Below, in pieces: positions 9,947-23,165 of a stretch of 64,000 nucleotides of DNA. Under the pieces are notes generated by a model, which was not told the DNA's origin, did not search any database, and worked only from the letters and a program-made list of their open reading frames with translations. The position numbers and the translations under genes were made by a program. The stretch lies in contig NW_003314267.1 of NCBI RefSeq assembly GCF_000143415.4, positions 358,908-422,907 of the forward strand, given 5' to 3'. The stretch is from Selaginella moellendorffii. Lineage: Eukaryota; Plantae; Lycopodiophyta. The stretch's first letter is position 1. The number at the start of each line of letters is the position of its first letter.

Positions 9947-12069
9947 GCTATGGATTCCACGGCGATGACGCTCGACAAGATCACGTATGGCGCTCCACTC
10001 CGGGGTTCCAGTGACACCACATTCTCCGCCGCTCGAGCCCCCATGGCCAGATCTGGCTGGCTCTTGCAAGCGCCCAGCAGCGTCCTCCAATCCAGCCGCG
10101 ATGGAAGAAAGGGCATGGAATCCATGAGATCTTGCGCGTCGCGGAGCTGCCCGGCGCGGCTGAGCGAATCGACAAGGCAGCTGTAGTGTTCTTTGCCCGG
10201 ATCGAGGCCGAAATCCCCCGCGATGGAGAGGAAGAATCCCCTGGCCGATTCCACGAGACCAATGTGGTTGCAGGCGAGCATGACGCTAGCGAGCGTGGAT
10301 CCATCGGGCTTGACACCTTCTACGAGCATCGCGTGGAAGAGATCGAGCGCGAGCTTTCGCCGCTCCACCGGCCCCGCGAGAGCGAAGGATTCGATCATCG
10401 TGTTCCAGGCGTGCGTGGAAGAGCGGTCGCTCAGCATCCACGGGAAGAGATCCATGGCCTCGGCAAGGAATCCATTGAGCGCGTACGAGGCGAGCAGCAT
10501 CGAGCACGCGATGGCGTCCCACTGGGGCATCCGATCGAAGAGCTTCTTCACGTCGTGGATCCGCTGGCTCTGCGCGTAGCCCACGATCATGGCGGTCCAG
10601 GCGACGAGATCGCGGCAGGGGATGGAATCAAACATCGCGCGCGCCTCCTCGATCCTGCCCAGCTGCGAATTCCCCGAGAGGAGGCACGTCCACGCCATGG
10701 CGCTGTGGCGGGGCATCCTCTCCAGCCAGATCTTGGCCGACTCCATAGCCCCGCTCTGCACGATCGATTGGATCATCTCAAACCAGGATACCGCGTCCCT
10801 GCGAGGGATCCTCTCGAAGACCCAGGTGGAATCCTCGACGCTGGCACCGCACGACTGGAGCAAGAGATTCCAGGCGACGGTGTCTCGATCTGGCATGGAG
10901 GAGAACAAGCTCCAAACTCTCTGGGGATCCCCAGCCTGGGCATACGCTTGGAGCATCACGTTGGTGGAGACGAGCGACCATTTCGGGCATCGATCGAAGA
11001 AGCAGTGCTCTGCGTCCGCGATGGAGTCGCAGTAGAAGATTAAGGTGGTCCATGACACGGCATTCCTCTCGGGCATGGCTGCAAACACAGCCTTGGCCTC
11101 GTCAATATGCCCTTCTTGGGCATTTGCTGCAAGCATAGAAGTCCATGCTACCACATCTCGCTCGGGCATTTTGACAAAGATCTCTTTTGCCTCTCGGAAC
11201 TTCTGTTTTGTGGTGTATCCATGGAACATTATATTCCAGAGAACCAAGTTTCGATCAAAGCCATGATCAAACATCACCTTTGCCTCGTCCAGATGCCCGT
11301 TCTGGGCATACGCTGCTACCATTGCCGAGAAGCTCACTAGATTCCCCCCGGGCATTTTATCAAACACCATCTTTGCAAAGATGACAAGCGCGTTTCCCGA
11401 GTAGGCCTGTAACATCGCTGTCCACGAAACAACGTTCTTCTCGCTCATCTCCTCGAACATTTTCCTCGCGGAGGCGAGCTCACCCACTTGGGCATATCCC
11501 GTGATCATCGTCGTGCACGAGACAACGCCGCGGTCTGGTGCTGTGAAGAACAATCGCTCGGCCTCGCCCAAATCTCCGTCCTGAACGCTGGCACCGATCA
11601 TTAGATTCCAAGAGACTATGCTCCTCCCGGGCATCTTGTGGAAGACCAAGCGCCCCTCTTGGCCATGCCCATGCTGCACAAATCCCGACGCCAGAATCGT
11701 CCAAGACACCACATTCCTGGCGCTCATCCGATCGAAGCACTCCTTGGAGCGCGCCACCTGGCCGTTGCGATTGTAGGCCTGGATCAAAGCATTCCAGGAA
11801 CTGATCGATGGCCTCGCGATCCCCTGGAACACCGCCCTCGCATCCTCGATCCGCCCATAGCGGCCATACATCTGGACCAGCGCATTGGCGAGGAACCTGT
11901 TGTGCCTGTGGAGCTCGCTCGCCCCAATCCATGCCTGGATCTCTCTGGCGCGCCGGAAATCCCTCGAATTCCCACACTGGAGAAGGCAGTCGATCGCCGC
12001 CTGGAGCTGCGGGCAGAGATCTTGAGCGCGGCGGCACGAGCAGCAAATTCTCGACAAGGCCTCGAGCAT
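9913..12069 (-). CDS. PLS-class pentatricopeptide repeat protein with E domain (no DYW)
   Basis: Intronless 718-aa ORF with FDRM.RNVVSW repeats, ACNHIGLV, HYSCLVDSLSRAGQL and YVILSS. Confidence 0.92.
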   Translation of the reverse strand: MLEALSRICCSCRRAQDLCPQLQAAIDCLLQCGNSRDFRRAREIQAWIGASELHRHNRFLANALVQMYGRYGRIEDARAVFQGIARPSISSWNALIQAYNRNGQVARSKECFDRMSARNVVSWTILASGFVQHGHGQEGRLVFHKMPGRSIVSWNLMIGASVQDGDLGEAERLFFTAPDRGVVSCTTMITGYAQVGELASARKMFEEMSEKNVVSWTAMLQAYSGNALVIFAKMVFDKMPGGNLVSFSAMVAAYAQNGHLDEAKVMFDHGFDRNLVLWNIMFHGYTTKQKFREAKEIFVKMPERDVVAWTSMLAANAQEGHIDEAKAVFAAMPERNAVSWTTLIFYCDSIADAEHCFFDRCPKWSLVSTNVMLQAYAQAGDPQRVWSLFSSMPDRDTVAWNLLLQSCGASVEDSTWVFERIPRRDAVSWFEMIQSIVQSGAMESAKIWLERMPRHSAMAWTCLLSGNSQLGRIEEARAMFDSIPCRDLVAWTAMIVGYAQSQRIHDVKKLFDRMPQWDAIACSMLLASYALNGFLAEAMDLFPWMLSDRSSTHAWNTMIESFALAGPVERRKLALDLFHAMLVEGVKPDGSTLASVMLACNHIGLVESARGFFLSIAGDFGLDPGKEHYSCLVDSLSRAGQLRDAQDLMDSMPFLPSRLDWRTLLGACKSQPDLAMGARAAENVVSLEPRSGAPYVILSSVIAVESIAHLETIGYIPE

Positions 12070-12295
12070 AAAATTCCAAGAGCCCTAACGGTTTTTTCAA
12101 GTAAGAATATCCGAGGAATAATCATCTCAAGAACCCTAAAAGGAATATCCCTGCGAATAATCCTATTTGTTGTGCTTGCAACGGCAACGAAGCAACGGAC
12201 TCCAATCCAAGCGACACATCCAGATGCAGCAGCAGCAGCAGCAACAACAAAACAGAGAATCCTTGTCAATCACCATCTCTGTTGGGGAGCTCTTG

Positions 12296-15283
12296 CTACT
12301 GTGATAGCAGCTTATGCAAGGAGACCTGTGAATCGCAAAGCTCAGGAAAATTTTCTAGAAGGACCATGGCTAGCTTACCGAGGTAGACATTTTCATGACC
12401 TCTCTTATCGCCATTGTGGCATAGGCCGACGTTGGGAGAGTGAATTGCAGCTGCAATGCCAGAAGGCTGGGGCCTTGAGTGGAGTTTGCATCTTCTTCTG
12501 GAAGGCTAGTGCTAGGATCTTGGAGCAAATCCATGTCCGTTTTTGTCAGAGGATTCCGGGAGTCGCTGTACGAGGATAATCTCCTGGAACCGAAAGATGT
12601 GAGTTTTGGGACATTGAAGCAGCCGGACAAATTACCACTCGAAGTCGATAGGCTTCACGAGTAAGTTTCGATATGCTCCTGTCAAATACTCCACCGAGAA
12701 CTCTCTACAAAAATTATCAAAAAGGAAGTAAACAAATGTTGGATCGAAACACATACTTCACGTTGTGTGTACAAGACTTCAAATCTATTGATTCCTGTAA
12801 GATGAAAGCGTTAGTTTGTACATGAAAACGTTGGAAACGAGCTAACCATTTTCGTGATTTTATTGTAGACATCGGCCACATCGTTTGATGGATAAACAGT
12901 GGTGGAACTGCCAAAAGAAATCAGTATCCGGAAGCAAAAAAGAAAACTCACAAGCATGCTCACCCGACTAAAGGCAAGACCACGTCGGTTATCGCATACT
13001 TTTTCAAGGCAATATCTTCCGCTGTGACATGCTAGAATGGTGTTAAAGCGGTAAGATTTTCCAGCAATCTGGTTACCTTTACTTTCTTCCGAGATGGGCG
13101 AGCGAGTTCCATGCGAGCGTCATCCTCTAGGACGTCCGTGTCTACAAGATCCTCAAGTTCCACATCATCTTTCCCGGCTTCTTTAGAAATCTCATCCTCT
13201 TGACAGTAGACGAGATCACCTTCCACAACAGCATCCACCCCTGTAAAAGCTACGTCTTTGACACCGTTTGAGAATGACAAAAGTGGATTACCATATTTTT
13301 GTATCCTCGCGCTTGCAGCGCTGTTCCACAAATAGCTTTGGTAGCTGTGGACGTACCTGTAGAACAAGCTTAAGAAAGATCACAAAACAAGTAGAAAGCT
13401 CTTGCAAACTTACATCATCCGCATTGGCCTGGGAATGTTTTGGATGGCCTGTAAGTAGTTTGCAGGATCCTTTTTCAAGCCAAGAAGCTGCGCCAACAAA
13501 GAACGAAACATGGATCAGGCCCGTCATAATCTTGACATCTTACAATGGCTCTTTCGGCAATCATATGGTGCGGCATGAGCTTTAAGGCCTCGGCAGGACC
13601 AGCAGTCTTGAAGATCTTACGAGATTCCTCAGCTGCTTGCTGCTGTGTAAACCGCGTTAAGGCACCAAAAGTTTTCGGTTAAAGCATTTAAAAAAAAATA
13701 GAAGAAAAAAAAAGGATATCTCCTTCTCTCTCTTGGAGTATCAGATCCACTGCGGTTTTCCAGTCACCTTGGAGCAGCTTGGCGCCTATAGCATGCGTCG
13801 GCACACCACAGCTTCCAAAACGCTGCAAAAATGTGAAGGTAGTACGTACTCTAGATCAAAGTCATCACATACCTGCAAGCCATAGTAGTTGATAAAACCA
13901 GAGTTCCCCATGCCCTCAGCTGCTTCCTTGATCGCATTCTCGGACTCTGCAACGACATCACTGCACGCAGTCCATTAGAGAATGCTTTCCATCGGTTAGA
14001 AATCACCGCAAAATCACGTTGAAGCGATTTCCAGAAAGCTCTCCAAGAACTAAGCCCTTCTCAACGTAGCTAAGAAAATTTAAAGAAAATAAAAAATGAA
14101 ATTGGAAAGAATGTTAGAGAGAAAAAACAGTACCTAAAGTTTCCTAGCTTGATACCAAACAAGGATTTGTTAAGTGCTGCGAGTTGTGTTGCTGAATGCT
14201 TGTAAACAGTGACCTGGAAAAAAAATATTGCATTTTTTTTTTCTCCAAACTCTAATGGCGACTAAAAAGAAGTTCTTACCCGCTGCGTTGTTACTGCACG
14301 CTTATCTTTCGTCCCCGCAAAACCCATGTTCTTTGCCTGGTAAGAAACTTTAGAAAAACTAACAGTTACGCTCAGGTTACCTTTACGCCAATCTTCTGAG
14401 CTACAATCATCAAAGCCGACTGCGTAGTCTTGTTCTCTTTGTATAGGTAAAACCTTACAAGGAAAAGAAACCGAAGCTTGAGAAAAAGAACCAGGGAAGA
14501 CAAAAACTCACTGGCAAAACTTGTGTCTATCAGCTGGCCAGTAGTTTCCTGCGCGACGATCAAACTTGTCACCGTCTTGTCTCTGTCGCTTCGATTCATA
14601 GCCTCGCTTTCCTTTCCAGCTTCGATTCCTTTTGCCAGCTCGATCGTCAGAAGCTGAGCCGCCACCGTATCTCACGCGAATGCGATTGTCCGCCACAGTA
14701 TCAGTTATAAGCATCGGCATTCTCTCCCGAAAGAACGCGTGAACTTTCTGCAACACGAAGACCTTACTTTCATACAACAAGAAAGACAAGCAGCAAAGAT
14801 ACCGTGCGGCTGCCTTTATCCTCGTTTGGCGTGAGAGTTTCCACCAGTGCGTTTCCATCATCGGCCTGTTCCGGAGAAATCTTGTCAAGGAGCTGCTTGA
14901 CAATACGAGCATTCTCCTCGCCGGCGAGTTCCTTGAAAGCATCGAGCTGTGCTTCGTATGAAGCCACGGAAAACTCCGCGGCAGCGGCCTCACTCCGGGT
15001 TTCATCCTGAAAGACGAAAGAGAAAAACGAAGCTAAACAGCCATGATCAAGAATGGAAACGTCAAAGGACCTCTGGTGGCGCTGTTAAGCTCGTCAATCG
15101 CACCACATTGCCATCGAGATCCACCTCGTTAACGATGAAGTCGGAGTACCTGAAAGAACGGAATGAAAGAATGCAACCATGGCTGGAGAGAGCGCGGCAT
15201 TCTCCATACCTTTGCTTGAGAACAGCTCTAAAACCGGGGAAGGAATTCGCGAAGCACAAAATCCCAACATCCTTCTCCTCCAT
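12296..15283 (-). CDS. PUS7: TruD-family multisite pseudouridine synthase (multi-exon)
   Basis: KQRYSDFIVNEV, FYLYKENK, GFAGTKDKRAVTTQ, GFINYYGLQRFG, YVHSYQSYLWN and FTLPTSAYATMAIREVMK motifs. Confidence 0.93.
13645..13719 (-). other. U12-type (minor spliceosome) AT-AC intron in PUS7
   Basis: 5' splice site ATATCCTTT; branch site CCTTAAC about 11 nt before the terminal AC. Removal restores the frame (…QEREG-E-QQAAEESRKIF…). Confidence 0.9.
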
Positions 15284-15748
15284 CGCACGACCTAACTAAA
15301 ACCCTAACACTTAACAAACTTAAATTGTTCGAATCCTCTTCTTTTCCTGGAAGTATTTTGGTACTCTGTCCAAAAACAAAGATCTGCCACCTTAACGAAA
15401 TGATATGTTGTCTTGAAACGAAAATCTCCTGAATAACACAAATTTCCATAAAGGTAGATGACAGAGATTTCTTTTAGGTCAATGTTTTTTCATATCCTGC
15501 GACAAAGTAGCCAGCTAGCGGATGTTTTCATGTCCAGCTGTGGACCACGCCCATCGCTGCGATCGCCAAAAACATCGTCAATCCCTTCCGCCATTGTCAT
15601 TCTAGCCACTATAAACCACCACCTAAATCGCCCAATTCACTCTCCTCCCACTTCCATTATCAATCTCGAGCTTAGCCTCGAGCTTCTAGCGCTAGAGATC
15701 AGCGGTTGGTAGGATCCCGAGCTTTGCTAGAGCTCCAAATTGATCACC

Positions 15749-17343
15749 ATGGCGGCCCGAACGACCCCAATCACGGCCGTCACCCCGGAATGGCTCGAGA
15801 AAGGTGACAACGCATGGCAGCTCATCTCCGCCACGCTCGTTGGCATGCAGAGCGTCCCGGGGCTCGTGATCCTCTACGGCAGCATCGTCAAGAAGAAGTG
15901 GGCCGTGAACTCGGCCTTCATGGCCCTGTACGCGTTCGCCGCCGTCTTGATCTGCTGGGTCTCCTTCGCGTACAAGATGTCTTTCGGGCACCAGCTCCTC
16001 CCCTTCTGGGGCAAAGCCGGGCCGGCGCTCGATCAGAAATTCCTCCTCCGCCAAGCCCATCTCTCCGCCACCGAGTACAAATTCCACAATGGAACGGTCG
16101 AAACTCAGATGGTGCAGCCTTTCTACCCCATGGCAACGATGGTGTTCTTCCAGTTCGTCTTCTCGGCGATTTGCTTGATCCTCATCGCAGGATCGCTGCT
16201 CGGGCGGATGAACATCCACGCGTGGATGCTGTTTGTGCCGCTCTGGCTCACGTTTTCGTACACGGTCGGGGCATTTAGCCTGTGGGGCGGCGGGTTTTTG
16301 TTCCAGTGGGGAGTTCTCGATTACTCTGGAGGGTATGTGATCCATCTCTCGTCAGGGGTGGCGGGATTTACAGCAGCATATTGGGTAATATCACTCTCGA
16401 TCGATCACAAAGTTATTCTAAACTTCAGAGTTATTCGCGCAGGTTGGTCCAAGGCTGACAAAGGACCGCGAGAGATTTCCCCCAAACAATGTTCTTCTCA
16501 TGTTGGGTGGCGCTGGATTGCTCTGGATGGGCTGGGCTGGATTCAACGGAGGAGATCCCTACGCCGCAAACATCGATGCATCGCTCGCGGTTCTAAACAC
16601 AAACATCTGTGCCGCCGCAAGCCTGCTCGTCTGGACGGCTTTCGACACCATCTTCTTTGGCAAGCCGTCCGTAATTGGAGCGGTCCAAGGGATGATCACC
16701 GGGCTCGTTTGCATCACTCCTGGAGCTGGTGAGTATACAAATCAAGCATTTCTTATCCCCAATCTATACTCGATTAAATTGACAAACATTGTGTGAATTC
16801 CAAGGTCTCGTGCAAGGTTGGGCAGCGATTTGCATGGGGATTCTCTCCGGCAGCATTCCATGGTACACGATGATGGTCGTGCACAAGCGATCGCCCTTCC
16901 TTCAGAAAGTTGACGACACTCTGGCGGTTTTCCACACTCACGCGGTGGCGGGAACTCTCGGGGGATTTCTCACGGGTCTTTTCGCGCAGCCAACGGTGAC
17001 GGGAATGTTTTCGTCAGTCCCGGGAACTCACGGGGCGTTCTACAACCACGACATTAGGGGAGCCATGCAGGTGGTGAAGCAGCTCGGAGGGGCGCTGTTT
17101 ATCATCTCCTGGAACTTGGTGATGACCAGCATAATCTGCTGGGTGATCAGCAAGATCGTTCCTCTCCGGATGCCGGAAGAACACCTGATGATCGGGGACG
17201 ACGCCGCGCACGGCGAGGAGGCTTACGCCCTGTGGGGCGATGGCGAGAAGTATGATTCGTCCAAGCATGGGCTCTACAACGAAGCCGTCGAGGCTGGAAA
17301 TCGAGGAAGCTCGAGATACAACGAGCCGCCAGTTGCGGTTTGA
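15749..17343 (+). CDS. AMT2: Ammonium transporter, AMT2/MEP type (3 exons)
   Basis: [52 protein letters not shown] and [19 protein letters not shown] motifs. Confidence 0.96.
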
Positions 17344-17604
17344 GAATCAAGGTGATTCTTTTTCTTAGAGATTCTTGGAGATTCTTTGCAGAGAATTATT
17401 TTCTTTTTCCTTTTTCTTTCCGTCATATTTTGTTTGCTTTGGACGAGAGAGAGGCTTTCATGGAGCTGCATTTGTCAAAATTCTCTCCTGGTTCGGTGGC
17501 TCTTCGATTGTTGGGCCAATCTTTTGTCGCCAAGATAATAAAAAACAACCACGCATTGTTTTCTTTATGATTAGTGACCAAAATCGCGCATCCAACGGCG
17601 CATA

Positions 17605-18440
17605 TCAGCTCCTGCCGGGGCAAAATTCCACCACGTAATTCGTCCCGGAATGGCAAGTAAATGTGCTGCTGTGATCGTCGTAGGCATAGCTCTACGGGGC
17701 CTTGAACATCTTGGAATACATCGTGGGCGCACACGTGGACGGCTCGGAGCTAACCCCGCGGCAGCAGAATCTATCCGTCTGGAACACCGAGCAGGCGCTT
17801 CTACACGCCACCACGTTGCCATTCCGTCCCAGAACACACAGCTCCATCGGACAGTTGGAATTCACACCGCTGTGGCACCCCGCCGCCGTACAGTTCCTGT
17901 GCACAGGGACGATCCGTACGGGCAGGTTATAGCCGTCCACCAGCAACACGTCGTAGAAATCGCTGCGATCGTAGCCGTCCAGCGTGAGCTCCGCGATGGT
18001 AAACGGTGGCTGGCCGCCAATCCCCCGGCATTCCAGCTGGGAGTCGCAGTCGCCTATGTCGCAGCCCAGGGTGGTGTCGTTGGAGGAGGGGGCATCCTGG
18101 TCTCCAAACTGGCAGTTTGTGCGCCACCAGACCGACGGGGCACCACGTGGGATTTAGTGCTGTGCCCAGGACCCACCATTGGAGATCCCAGCCAGGCCGG
18201 CCATACTGTGAAGGGGCAAGAGTTCTTTAGTCTCAGCGTGACGTTCCTTGAGGTAACAAGGAGGAAAAAAAAGCTATGAAGAAATCATTGAATAAATGGA
18301 ACAATGCATGAAATATTTGCGATCAATCGAAAACATTCCATGAAAATGACTAAATTTTTTCTTGATCGATCGATGGAGCTTGAGAGCTTGCCTTGAAAAA
18401 TGCTAGCCAAGAGCACAAAAATTGCAATGGAAATCCTCAT
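17605..18440 (-). pseudogene. Thaumatin-like protein (PR-5), probably disrupted
   Basis: Signal peptide; NSCPFTVWPA, DFYDVLLVDGYNLP, CRSAC…CC and SYAYDD…FTC…YVVEFCP motifs. Frameshift near 18140 and an in-frame stop (FKAP*SYAYDD) replacing CPDAYSYAYDD. The intron donor looks like GC (gcaagc). Confidence 0.85.
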
Positions 18441-18694
18441 GGCCCTCTGTGTGTGCGCCTGTGGTTCGTTCACGGTCTCAATGTAATGATTTAAATCGCC
18501 CTTTGTTTGCCACTCTTGGCTCTCGCGAAAAAGTATATGGTTTTCAAACTAGGTGAATATTCTGCGGCCCGCAAAGAATATGCTTGCACGAATATACTTT
18601 GTCTTATTCGTGCCGAGTTTTTATTCGCCATCGAGGGTTTAGCATCGCAGGTCTTTTTCTCCCTTCTCGGCTCGATTCGACTCTTCTCCGATCA

Positions 18695-20776
<2,082 letters not shown>

Positions 20777-20984
20777 AGTTTGAGGCGGCGCTATTTAATC
20801 AACAAGCACAAGAATAATCTTCTCTTTTTGCTGTTCTCGTCCTCGTCACAATTTTCCTGCAATAACGACGAGTGATCCAAAACTTTAAAGGGAAATACAA
20901 ATTTTCTTAAAAACTAAGTTTTAAAAGTTTATTCAGTTTTGGAAACGTTTTTAAATATAAAAACTAAGATTTGATTGTTACAAA

Positions 20985-21056
20985 ATCAGAGTGGCGCAGC
21001 GGAAGCGTGGTGGGCCCATAACCCACAGGTCGGAGGATCGAAACCTCCCTCTGATA
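20985..21056 (+). tRNA. tRNA-iMet: Initiator tRNA-Met (CAT), 72 nt
   Basis: ATCAGAGTGGCGCAGCGGAAGCGTGGTGGGCCCATAACCCACAGGTCGGAGGATCGAAACCTCCCTCTGATA: A1-U72, GGG/CCC anticodon stem, ATCGAAA T-loop. Upstream TATA and CAA; downstream T-run. Confidence 0.96.
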
Positions 21057-21124
21057 GCAACAATTTGTTTTAACTTTTTAGAGAGATGCCCTGAAGTGTA
21101 TATAAATGGGTGGGTGAACTCAGA

Positions 21125-21161
21125 TCTCAGCAAGATCAAGTGTAGCATCTGTTCTTATCAG
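21125..21161 (+). pseudogene. U2 snRNA 5' fragment
   Basis: aagatcaagtgtagcatctgttcttatcag matches the conserved U2 AAGAUCAAGUGUAGUAUCUGUUCUUAUCAG at 29/30 positions. No Sm site or 3' half is visible. Confidence 0.8.
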
Positions 21162-21265
21162 GGCTTTCGTACAAATCGAGAAACGATACAAAGGTTTATT
21201 TAATCTGGTCACATTCTCGAGATATTAACAACTGATGGATTAAAACAAAACTCACTCTTCTAATC

Positions 21266-23091
21266 TCAGAGCTCAGAATGGCTCGTCGTGTCATCCTTTG
21301 AACCAACAAAGCTCGCAAGAGAATTCAAGAGAATCTGATACACTTCAATCCCCTTGAAGTATTCTCGAGAGCTTAAGAACTGGAAAGCAAAAAGCAATCG
21401 TTAGAAAAGGCAGCAAGGGAAGAATCACTGAACCTCGTTGTGATCGTGGAGAAGAATGGGAGTGTTCGCCATTGGCGAGAATCCAAAGGCCGGAATTCCC
21501 AAGTCACGGAAGTAGCGAGCATCGGTTGCGGCAGGGAAGACCTCTGGCTTTGCGAGTCTCTGGTTGGATTTGGATATGGCTTCCTTGAAGACTGACCACC
21601 AAGGATTGGAGTCATCGACCGGGGTGTAGTTCAAGGAACCATCTCTTCTCTTCACTGGAGTTTTCTGCTTGAACTGGACAAGGCGAAACTTTCATGGCAA
21701 AATCAACACGAGAGAGGGAACTTTGAAAGCTTGATTTACCTCGTAAGTCATGTTTCGCGAGGCGGGAGCCCATTCCTCGGCGATTCTCTTCTCCATGGCA
21801 ACGGGGTCTGCGAAAGGAGGCATCCTTACGTCGAATCCGGCCTCGGCCTCGGATGGTTGGAGGTTCATGACAAATCCCTGGCGAAGAAAAGCAAGGCGAC
21901 TAGCATAAGAAGGAAAAGAACAAAGAACAAAAAAAAAAACTAAAGTTGCATGGAATTGCTAGAAAAAAGACATTTTGATCGAGGAACATCAGTCAAGCAG
22001 AAGAAAGACTGGGAAAACAACGCAAAGCAAACATTGCATAAACCAAGAAATAGCATCGAAACAAGCCGATATTTTCGCTCGAAGAAAACACGTAAAAAGT
22101 TCTCAAGAATCACGAATGCATGGAACCGCAAGCTGAAAATCTGGATAGCACCTAGGATTCTAGAATTGATTGGTACCATACAAGAGAATAAAGAACAAGG
22201 GAAATGGAAAGAAAGAATGGAGCACGAGGAACTTACCGTGGGAGTAGGAGTTCCAGCCTTGAGAAACACTGGATTCACCGACACCACCTCGCCCTCGGCC
22301 GCGATACCAGCCTTGACAAGATCAAACTGCGCCGCTCGAAACTTGCTCACAATCTCCAAACTCTTCCCCAAGTTCTCCATGGCACTGTTATCGAAGAGCT
22401 TGGATCCATGGCCGGGCCGCCCCATGGCCTTCACCGCCAGCCACCACGGCGATCTCTCGGCATAGAACACCCGATACTCGTCCCCCTCGGACGCCAATCC
22501 CTCGTCCAGCGCGAGCCCCACGTTAAGATCCTGAAACTCCTTCGAGCCTGTGAATTGCCCAGCGCCATCGTTGCCGCCAATCTCCTCGTCCGGGAGGAAG
22601 GAGACATGGACTGAGCGTGGCGGCTTGAATCCCGCCCTCTTGAGCCGCCGGATCGCCTCGAGGTACTGCAATCCCACGCACTTCATGTCCTGGGATCCGC
22701 GAGCCAGGACATTGCCGCGAGAATCCTCCGCGGCGGCGAAGGGGGGAGAGCTCCACTTGGAGGGCTCGGCCGGGACGACGTCGACATGGGAATTGAGGAG
22801 GAGAGACGGGAGGGAGGGATCGCTGCCCTGCCAGGTGAAGAGGAGGACGGGCTTGCCCGGGACGAATTCCAAGACGCGGGATGCCAGGCCCAGCTCCCCG
22901 GCGATGGCGAGCAGGAAATCGGTGGTGGCCGAGTAATCGGGATTGGGATGCACCGAGGGGATCTGGAGGTAGCGCTTGAATCGGTCCAGCGCCGCCGCAT
23001 CCTCCTGCGCTGTGGGCGGCTCCGGCGGCGATGATCCAGCTGCCGCGGAGGCAGCGAGCAAGACGAAGAGAGAAAGAAGAAATATCGTCAT
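21266..23091 (-). CDS. Aminoacylase-1-like M20A peptidase with signal peptide and C-terminal HSEL
   Basis: [48 protein letters not shown] and PILLHDHNE motifs; the protein ends …SHSEL*. Confidence 0.93.
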
Positions 23092-23165
23092 CGAAGAACC
23101 CTAGCCTAGCCTCCTCTCTTTTAAAATTTTGGCTCCGATAGAGCCTAGCCTAGGGTTTACAAGGA
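23092..23165. promoter_or_regulatory. 74-bp bidirectional intergenic region with telo-box-like motifs in both orientations
   Basis: aaccctagcctagcc … gcctagcctagggtttac between two divergent ATGs. Confidence 0.6.

Noticed and set aside
10132-12579. Long opposite-strand ORFs (303 aa, 313 aa) and similar ones over AMT2, thaumatin, aminoacylase, PPR and germin genes
   Set aside because: Shadow ORFs caused by GC-rich codon usage of the real gene; no motifs.
21120-21165. Minus-strand C/D-box guide RNA for U2 (antisense stretch followed by CTGA)
   Set aside because: No RUGAUGA C box, the complementarity is longer than normal guides, the D+5 position falls one base off the methylation site I recall, and the CTGA is explained by one substitution in a U2 relic.
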